The notes under the pieces are model-generated. The model searched no databases, had not been told where the DNA came from, and worked only from the letters and a program-made list of their open reading frames with translations. The position numbers and the translations under genes are program-made. From an uncultured Gemmatimonadaceae bacterium (GTDB lineage Bacteria > Gemmatimonadota > Gemmatimonadetes > Gemmatimonadales > Gemmatimonadaceae), in NCBI GenBank assembly GCA_963740355.1, contig CAVUDW010000002.1:1216001-1280000 (forward strand): a stretch of DNA of 64,000 nt, read 5' to 3'. Positions 57,099-64,000 of the stretch are shown here, in pieces (the stretch's first letter is position 1; each line of letters begins with the position of its first letter).

Positions 57099-57138
57099 GC
57101 CCCCGGCGCTCTCACGAGCCCCGGGGGCTTTGTGTTTT
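57099..57138 (+). terminator. Intrinsic terminator directly after the 16S gene
   Basis: GCCCCCGG-CGCTC-TCAC-GAGC-C-CCGGGGGC followed by TTTGTGTTTT. Confidence 0.85.
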
Positions 57139-57182
57139 CCGCGACGAACTGACGCACAGAACAGTGAGGCGCCGCCACGCAC

Positions 57183-57700
57183 GAACCGTGAGCCGCAGGC
57201 GCCATACCACTCACGGCGGCCTGGCGTGCCCGCCAGGCCGGTTCTACACACCCTCGCGGTCCCTCTGCGCTTTCGCCCAGCGGTTCTGCACACCACTCGC
57301 GGCGACGCTGCGCTTTCGCCAGGCCGTTCCACACGACTCACGCGGAGCCGCGGGGAACGCGGTGCCGCGGAAAACTGCCAGTGGAACGGCGACATGCGCG
57401 CGAACCAACGCCAATACAGCACGCCTGCACAACCACGACCACACGAGCCGTGACCTCGTGCTCACGCTCGTCCTCATTGCAGTGGGCGAGCCACCCGCGG
57501 ACGGGCTCCCCATCGCGCTGAATGCTCCCCACGCCCCCCGCCCTTCAAGCAGTTCCCCGCGGCTCCGCGTCCCCCGCGCCTCCGCGTGAGGACGTGTCGA
57601 CCGTCAGTGCGGCACGCACACGCACGCACACGCACGCTGACGCAGTCGACGACGTACAGGCTCGCCACCCTGAACTCCAATGCACACGAGCACGCTCGAT
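57183..57700. repeat. Non-coding cluster of REP-like direct and inverted repeats
   Basis: 43-bp-period units at 57232, 57275 and 57318; perfect 19-bp inverted repeat 57340-57358 / 57552-57570; GCAC-rich run at about 57612-57637. Confidence 0.7.
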
Positions 57701-57950
57701 GCTCGCGCCGCTCAGTTCGCCGAAAAATGCCGCGCGCTGTCGAGCACGTTCTCACGACATCGTGTTCCATCGTGCGCAATCAAATTGTTGACTGCGCTGA
57801 CCGCGCGGTGAGGAAATGCCCATACGCCACAAGGGGTTCTGGCATGAAAGGCACGGGGCATGCCTTGCAGGGGAGCATGGCACGTTGCCGTGCACGATGG
57901 GCGTGGGAGCTTCTTGCGTCTTGATTCATTTCCTTGCTGGAGATCATCAC

Positions 57951-58448
57951 ATGACACGTACTTCACTCGCACTTTCCGCTGCGGCGCTGCTCGTCGCTGC
58001 CGCACTGCCGATGTCCTCTGCGTCGGCGCAGACCGATAGCGCCGCCGCCAAGAACCGCGCTGGTGCATACGACGCATCGCAGAGCGTTTCCCTGACCGGC
58101 GTGACCGTCATCCGTGTCGACACCGTGCAGGCCGCAGCTGGATCGTCGCTGAGCGCCGTGCTCGCCTCGGGCAATGACTCCGTGACCGCCTGGCTCGCCC
58201 CGGTCGCGTTCCTGACCGCCAACTCCATCACCCTCGCCGCCGGCGATGTGATCGACGTCATCGGCTCCAAGGTCATGATGGGTGGCAAGCCATCGCTCAT
58301 CACGACCGAGATCAAGAAGGGCGAAGCCAAGGTTGTGCTGCGCGACAAGGCCACTGGCGCACCCGCATGGCCGTCGGCGTCCACCAAGCCGCAGGAAATG
58401 GCCAAGCCGGACGCTGCGCCAGCTGCTGCCAGCGCTGCCAAGCCGTAA
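57951..58448 (+). CDS. Secreted small OB-fold-like protein (resembles the MamS/MamX-type domain)
   Basis: GGAG RBS; signal peptide ending ASA; YD...LTG...WLAP..FL...GDVIDVIGS...EIKKG...LRD..GAPAW pattern. Confidence 0.7.
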   Translation: MTRTSLALSAAALLVAAALPMSSASAQTDSAAAKNRAGAYDASQSVSLTGVTVIRVDTVQAAAGSSLSAVLASGNDSVTAWLAPVAFLTANSITLAAGDVIDVIGSKVMMGGKPSLITTEIKKGEAKVVLRDKATGAPAWPSASTKPQEMAKPDAAPAAASAAKP

Positions 58449-58630
58449 GGAGCAGTCGCACCTTCGACTCGCTCGGCGGCCTGGAACACCTCAGCTGCCG
58501 CACTGGTCGTGATGCTTGTTCGACGTGGTTGCAGGTGACGCCGCACGCGTGAGGTCGGCCCCGGAATCGGGAGGGTGGCATGGGCGACGCTGCTCCGGTC
58601 GTCCAGCCCCGGTTCCGGGTGCCTCATGCG

Positions 58631-58659
58631 TTGCGCAACCGCCCTCAACGGAATAGGTT
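58631..58659 (+). promoter_or_regulatory. Putative promoter of tRNA-Ile
   Basis: TTGCGC-17 nt-TAGGTT ending 12 nt before the tRNA. Confidence 0.6.
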
Positions 58660-58671
58660 GTGAGGTTCTTG

Positions 58672-58745
<74 letters not shown>

Positions 58746-58751
58746 CTCCCT

Positions 58752-58798
58752 AAGCGCAAGCCCTGCAACGCTTTATGCGTTGTGGGGCTTTTGCGTTT
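58752..58798 (+). terminator. Terminator hairpin after tRNA-Ile
   Basis: AAGCCCTGCAACGC-TTTAT-GCGTTGTGGGGCTTTT. Confidence 0.8.
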
Positions 58799-58906
58799 GT
58801 CTCCGCTGTGCTGGAGCATTGTCCACCACAGTGACGATCGGCTCTCGGATGGGTTGTTAGCGGCGTCCTCGGATCTCTGTGCGTCACCAAGTGGGCGCTT
58901 ACCTCC

Positions 58907-60490
58907 CTACGCGCCGGTGATTCTACGTAGCTGTGTTGCATACGCGGATGCCGCTGCGTGGTCTCCACTGGCGGCTGCAGCGCGGGATGCGCCCTCGACT
59001 GCACGGAACCGGTTTGGCTCCTTCTCCAGCGTGGTACGGTATGCCTTGAGCGCCGCTGCTGGCTGGGTGAGCTCCATCAGCAGATCTCCGAGCAGTTCAC
59101 GAGCGGGAACGAGCGGTCCCGGTGTCACTGCCGACTTCTCGGTCGCATCTTCACGCGTCGCCGCCTCCTGCATGCGCGCCAGCGCGACGGAGTCCTGCTG
59201 CCTGGCGTGCGCCAGCCAGGCCTGTGCGCTCAGCGCCTGAATCGCGACCTGCTCCGACCAGTAACTCTCGCCGCGTGCCGCCAGGCGGCGACTGATCGCC
59301 GCGAGCGTGTCGGCATCGGCCTCTGCGGTCGCCAGATCGCCGACGTGTGAGGCGCCAAGGGCACGAGCGAAATACACCATCGCCTCGGTATACGGGAACG
59401 CGCTCGGCACGGGCACGAGCTTCGCCGCATCCGACCAATCACGCCGCTCCAGGGCATATCGCGCAGGAATGGACGCGAGTGCAAAGACGCCGGCCCACCC
59501 CGGCGCAGCCCCGGTGACGGCATTCACATCGAAGCGCGCCTTCAGGGCCGGCAGCCCAAGCACGATCTGCTTCGCGGCCGAGTCACGCTGCATTTGCAGG
59601 TACGCATAAACCGCGTAGTCCGATGCATGCAGAGCTTCGGCGATCGACCCGCTCTCGAGCGCCAAGCCCAACGAGCGCAGGTTGGTGGCCACCGATTCCT
59701 TCCACAGTCCGACACGGGTGAACGTGTGAGACGGCATGTGCATGGCGTGCGCCGCTGACGGGGCGATCTGCGAGTAGCGCTGCGCCGCTGCTTCCGCCCG
59801 GTCAGCAAGCGCCGGATAGTCGTACGCGTGGATGATGTAGTGCGCGAGGCCCGGGTGATCGGGTTGCTGCGCCCAGATTGACTCGAGGATTGCACCCGCC
59901 TTGAGCTGGTTCACATACCGCTTGTCGGTGGGTGCCGCCGACGCAACGAGGGAGAGGGCATAAAAGATCTTCGCCTCCGTGTCAGCCGGTTGTGCGGCAA
60001 CAAGGTTGGCCATCGCCAGTTCGTAGGCAACGATGCGCGTGCGTTGGTCCCGTCGCTCAAAATCCGCGTACAGCTGTGCGACGGCAGCGATGTAGCCGCG
60101 TTCCCTCTCGGTGGCCTGGTCACCCAGTCGCTGCGCCGCCTGGGCGGCCTCGAGGCCAGGTTGCAGCTGCGCCGGCGTACGGAGTGACGGCGCCGTGGGA
60201 TTCGACCAGCGACTGAGCGCGATGCCCCACTGCGCCATGGCGCAGGTGGGGTCGGCATAGAGGACGTCGGTGAACGCACGGATGGAGGCGCCAAACTCGA
60301 AGGAGTGCAGCAGCGCCATCGCACGATTGAATTGCGGTGTGACGGCTGGCTTGCACGAAGTGGGAAAGTCCACAGCGCCGAGCCGTTCCATTGACGCGCG
60401 GTGGCTCGCGTCGTATGCCTGAGCGTTCGCACATGCGGCGCCAACGACGAGAAGCACCGACACGCGAGCCGAGAGGCCCAGGGGTGTCAT
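58907..60490 (-). CDS. Secreted TPR-containing hypothetical protein with a His-rich motif
   Basis: GGAG RBS; signal peptide; DPTCAMAQWGIAL, HPGLAHYIIHAYDYP, AHAMHMPSHTF; helical repeats. Confidence 0.85.
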   Translation of the reverse strand: MTPLGLSARVSVLLVVGAACANAQAYDASHRASMERLGAVDFPTSCKPAVTPQFNRAMALLHSFEFGASIRAFTDVLYADPTCAMAQWGIALSRWSNPTAPSLRTPAQLQPGLEAAQAAQRLGDQATERERGYIAAVAQLYADFERRDQRTRIVAYELAMANLVAAQPADTEAKIFYALSLVASAAPTDKRYVNQLKAGAILESIWAQQPDHPGLAHYIIHAYDYPALADRAEAAAQRYSQIAPSAAHAMHMPSHTFTRVGLWKESVATNLRSLGLALESGSIAEALHASDYAVYAYLQMQRDSAAKQIVLGLPALKARFDVNAVTGAAPGWAGVFALASIPARYALERRDWSDAAKLVPVPSAFPYTEAMVYFARALGASHVGDLATAEADADTLAAISRRLAARGESYWSEQVAIQALSAQAWLAHARQQDSVALARMQEAATREDATEKSAVTPGPLVPARELLGDLLMELTQPAAALKAYRTTLEKEPNRFRAVEGASRAAAASGDHAAASAYATQLRRITGA

Positions 60491-60622
60491 GAATAGTCTC
60501 CGGTAGAGGCAGACACAGTGGGTGGCGAGTGGCAAGCACGATCGCAAGCGCATCGCGCCATTCTGTTGCACGTCGGGTGCGGCGTCCGCCGATCCGGAGG
60601 ACGTCGCCCCCGCTCTCCGAAA

Positions 60623-60826
60623 TCAGTCGGAGAGAACGAACGTCACTTTCAGCGTGACCCGATACGCCGTGATCTTGCCGTCGTCGCAGGTGACCTTCAT
60701 GCTCTCGACCCACGCGCCCTTGACGTTACGCAACGTCTTGTTGGCTCGTTCGATGCCATGAACGACCGCGTCGTCGAACGAGATCGTGGACGTGGCAGTG
60801 AGTTCAGTGATTTTAGCGACGGACAT
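60623..60826 (-). CDS. Dodecin family protein
   Basis: MSVAKITELTATSTISFDDAVVHGIERANKTLRNVKGAWV...YRVTLKVTFVL; GGAG RBS. Confidence 0.93.
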   Translation of the reverse strand: MSVAKITELTATSTISFDDAVVHGIERANKTLRNVKGAWVESMKVTCDDGKITAYRVTLKVTFVLSD

Positions 60827-60975
60827 GGTTCGATCTCCGTGGAATGAGGGATCGCGGGATTCAATCAGTCGCGCCGATCGATGACCGCAGCGGTAGGATG
60901 AGTCTTCTGCACTGCACAGGATCGTGCAAGCAAACCCTGCCGCCGAACGAGGAATTCGCCGTCGCAAGAGTCGAG

Positions 60976-61962
60976 TCAGCTCGACGCCGCCAACACTTCC
61001 AACAACCGCGCCACACCGATGTTCTGCCCACACGAAATGGCCACCCGCGTCGCGCCGGCAAACCGTGCATCAGCCGCTGCATGCTTCAGCATCGCCGCAA
61101 ACGCCACCCCCGCCGACCCCTCCACCAACTGATGCAGGTCGTTGATATGGTCGCGAATCGACGTCGCAATCTCCTGCTCGCTCACCAGCAACCACTCGTC
61201 CACCAGGGTTCGGCAATACTCGAACGTGATCGTGTCGGCATCCACCCCGCCCGCCGTCCCGTCGGAAAACGTCGGCAGGGAGGGCAGGTCCAGCATCCGG
61301 CCCGCCCGCACCGACTCGTGCATCACACAGGAATTGGCCGGTGAACAGCCGACGATGTGAATCGCCGGCCGGGCCGCCTTGAGTGCCGCCGCAATGCCGG
61401 AAATCAGGCCACCGCCTCCAACGCTGACGTAGACCACGTCGATGCGATCGAGCTGCCGCAACAGCTCGAGCCCGATCGTGCCCTGGCCGGCAATCACATC
61501 GGGATCGTTGTAGGGTGACAGGTAGTGCCAGCCCTCCTCGGCCGACACACGTTGCGCTTCCTGCTCGGTGTCGTTGCTGTCCAGACCGAACAGCTCCACG
61601 CGAACTCCAGTGCGCCGGACTGCATCCAGCTTCGCGGGTGAGACATTCTCCGGCAGGAAGACCACGCCACTCTTGCCAGCGGCGCGCAGCGCGTACGACA
61701 CGCCCAGCCCATGATTGCCAGAGCTTGCCGTCGCGATCGTCAGGCCACGAGGAATCGCCTGCGACACGGCATTCGTGGCGCCACGCAGCTTGAACGATCC
61801 CGTGCGCTGGAGATGTTCGGCCTTCACGAAGACCGGCCCGCCAACACGCTCCGTGTACTGAGGCCACTCCACGACCGGGGTCTCGAGCGCCGTGGGTCGA
61901 ATGCGCTCATCGGCGCTGTGGATCGCGGCAATCACTGCAGGATCGACGAGGGGCGGTGTCAT
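60976..61962 (-). CDS. Threonine/serine dehydratase family PLP enzyme
   Basis: KAEHLQRTGSFKLRGA, ASSGNHG, AGQGTIGLE, VGGGGLISG. Confidence 0.93.
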   Translation of the reverse strand: MTPPLVDPAVIAAIHSADERIRPTALETPVVEWPQYTERVGGPVFVKAEHLQRTGSFKLRGATNAVSQAIPRGLTIATASSGNHGLGVSYALRAAGKSGVVFLPENVSPAKLDAVRRTGVRVELFGLDSNDTEQEAQRVSAEEGWHYLSPYNDPDVIAGQGTIGLELLRQLDRIDVVYVSVGGGGLISGIAAALKAARPAIHIVGCSPANSCVMHESVRAGRMLDLPSLPTFSDGTAGGVDADTITFEYCRTLVDEWLLVSEQEIATSIRDHINDLHQLVEGSAGVAFAAMLKHAAADARFAGATRVAISCGQNIGVARLLEVLAASS

Positions 61963-62026
61963 GGTGACGAGCGAGAGATGGGCGGGGCAGGCGACAGGAA
62001 CGGCAACACGTCGCCTCGGACAAATC

Positions 62027-62998
62027 CTACACGAGTGCCTGTGACACCGCTGTCGCGATCGCGATGTCCTGCACCGCAACACCAGTGAGGTCTGCAATCA
62101 CGATCTGGTCGTCATGGCTGCGTCCTCGACTGCGATCCTCGATGACCTCGCCCAACTCCACGACGCCTTCGATGGTGCGCGTACCGGCGACAATGGCGTG
62201 ATGCAGCTCACCGCGCGTGAGACACTGTGATCGACTGTCCACCACGTAGACATCCGCACGACCCACCAAAGCGGTCGATAGCTCCTGCTTCTCCGGGGTG
62301 TCAGAGCCCATCGCCACGATCAGTGTGCCCGGCTCCACGTGTGCCTCATCCAGCAGCGGCGCGGTGCTTGGCGTGGTCATCACGACGATCTGTGCGCCGC
62401 GTGTCGCCTCACCAGCGTAGCGCGTGGCCTGTACGGTGAAGCCCGCACCCTCCATCTCGCGCCAATATCGGTCCAGCGCCTCCTGGCGACGACCGAAAAC
62501 TGAAACATTGCGGCAATTCACGACCTTCGCGATCGCCTCGACCTGGAGCCTCGCCTGCACTCCAGTGCCGAACACCGCAATCCGGTCGACGCGCGTCGGC
62601 GCCAGATAGGTCGCGGCGATGGCGCCCGCCACGGCGGTCCGAATATTGGTCAGATGCCCACCGTCGAGCAGCACCGTCTCGATCATGCCAGTTCGCGCAC
62701 TGAACACCAGCATCACTCCTGAATAACTCGGCAGGCCTCGCGTCGGATTCTCGCCGAAACCGGTGGCCACCTTGATCACGAACGTCTCACTGCCGTGCAC
62801 ATATCCGTACTTGATGTGTGCATCGCCCGGCGGCGACTCGAACAGCAATTCGCCGACTGGTGGTACGGTCGCACGTCCCTGTGAATACGCGACGAACGCG
62901 GCTTCGATCGCCGGCTGCAGGTCCAGCGTGGGGAGCACCGCGAGGATCTGCTCGAGGGTGACGACGCGAACGCTCGGACTCAGGATTGGTGCAGACAT
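62027..62998 (-). CDS. Ornithine cyclodeaminase/mu-crystallin family protein
   Basis: LTNIRTAVAGA, FGTGVQA, AMGSDTPEKQEL, DLTGVAVQDIA. Confidence 0.93.
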   Translation of the reverse strand: MSAPILSPSVRVVTLEQILAVLPTLDLQPAIEAAFVAYSQGRATVPPVGELLFESPPGDAHIKYGYVHGSETFVIKVATGFGENPTRGLPSYSGVMLVFSARTGMIETVLLDGGHLTNIRTAVAGAIAATYLAPTRVDRIAVFGTGVQARLQVEAIAKVVNCRNVSVFGRRQEALDRYWREMEGAGFTVQATRYAGEATRGAQIVVMTTPSTAPLLDEAHVEPGTLIVAMGSDTPEKQELSTALVGRADVYVVDSRSQCLTRGELHHAIVAGTRTIEGVVELGEVIEDRSRGRSHDDQIVIADLTGVAVQDIAIATAVSQALV

Positions 62999-63126
62999 GC
63001 CCCAAGCGTAGGGTGGACCGCCGTACGCCGCCAGTCTCCGCCGCGATGCGCGTGCCAGACCACAGCAGCGACGACTGCCTCGCTCAGGGCTGGCGACGCG
63101 GGATGCCACCGCTTCACTTTCGCGGC

Positions 63127-64000
63127 ATGCCAACTCTCCAGGTCGTCCTCGCCTCCGTCAGCCGAGTCGTGGCTGCTGTCGCACTGTCCACCACGATCGC
63201 GCAGGGGCAGGTTGCTCGTGGCGCGCCGAGATCGTTCGGCGCGGCGTGGGCACCCGTGCATGAATTCTTCCAGGCAACGTTGACGGCGGAAGGCATGGTC
63301 GGTGGCACGATGGTCTTCTTTCACGGCGACACGATTCTCGCCCGCGAGAACTTCGGCCTCGCTGACGTTGCCACGAATCGACGCGTCGACGACCGCACGA
63401 TCTTCCACTGGGGCTCGATCACCAAGACGCTGACGGCGATTGCCATCATGCAGCAGCGGGATCGGAAGAAGCTGACCCTCGACGATGCGATCGTGCGCTC
63501 CGTGCCTGAGTTGCGCGCAGTGCACAATTCTTTCGGGCCAATGGATGCAATCACGGTCCGCCAGCTCCTGTCGCACTCGGCCGGCTTCCGCAACGGTACC
63601 TGGCCGTGGACTGACGGGAAGCCGTGGATGCCATTCGAGCCGACGGAGTGGTCGCAGTTGGTGGCGATGATGCCATACACCGAGGTGTTGTTCGCGCCAG
63701 GCTCCAGGTTCAGCTACTCCAACCCCGGCTACATCTACCTCGGTCGCACGCTCGAATTCGTCACCGGCGAACCCTTCGAAGCCTACATGGAGAAGAACGT
63801 GCTGCGCCCGCTCGGCATGTCGTCGAGCTACTACGACATCACGCCGTACCACCTGCTGCCGGATCGCTCGAACAACTACGAGATGGTGGCGGGGACACCA
63901 AAGGCGAATGGCCTCGATTTCGATACCGGGATCACCGTTGCGAATGGCGGGTTGAACGCGCCGATCGGTGACATCGTCCGATACCTGCAGTTCCTGGTTG
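63127..64000 (+). CDS. Serine hydrolase (beta-lactamase family), 3' end outside window
   Basis: Manual translation: signal peptide, FHWGSITK (SxxK), LLSHSAG, FSYSNPGY (YxN), VLRPLGM; absent from the ORF track because no stop falls in the window. Confidence 0.92.
   Translation, partial: MPTLQVVLASVSRVVAAVALSTTIAQGQVARGAPRSFGAAWAPVHEFFQATLTAEGMVGGTMVFFHGDTILARENFGLADVATNRRVDDRTIFHWGSITKTLTAIAIMQQRDRKKLTLDDAIVRSVPELRAVHNSFGPMDAITVRQLLSHSAGFRNGTWPWTDGKPWMPFEPTEWSQLVAMMPYTEVLFAPGSRFSYSNPGYIYLGRTLEFVTGEPFEAYMEKNVLRPLGMSSSYYDITPYHLLPDRSNNYEMVAGTPKANGLDFDTGITVANGGLNAPIGDIVRYLQFLV

Noticed and set aside
57232..57345. 43-bp-period repeats as CRISPR
   Set aside because: Whole units are similar with no unique spacers, and there are fewer than three full copies.

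Overview
A GC-rich bacterial chromosome segment, most likely Gemmatimonadota (judged from the 16S sequence and gene repertoire, not from a database search). Most of it is housekeeping: uvrA, pckA, nfo, envC-ftsX-ftsE, a PLP transsulfuration enzyme, ROK and PfkB kinases, waaF, lepA, mfd, two PPIases, pdxA, pilT and typA. Four regions stand out. (1) A decayed, integrase-less islet of about 7.4 kb at the 3' end of tRNA-Asn, bracketed by a 90-bp imperfect direct repeat. It carries an IS21 remnant, a secreted S8 protease plus lipoprotein pair, a degenerate IS3 element and a truncated Mrr nuclease; a Fic gene with an operator-like palindrome lies just outside it. (2) A STAS-kinase / STAS-wHTH gene pair inside the lepA-to-nfo run, which looks like an uncharacterised partner-switching regulator. 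(3) An endonuclease IV with a histone-H1-like Lys-rich tail. (4) A stand-alone 16S rRNA gene with its own promoter, processing stem and terminator, followed by a repeat cluster, a protein gene and a separately transcribed tRNA-Ile, with no 23S in the window. At least nine single-base +1 insertions split otherwise normal genes and look like sequencing or assembly errors. All assignments come from reading motifs by eye.
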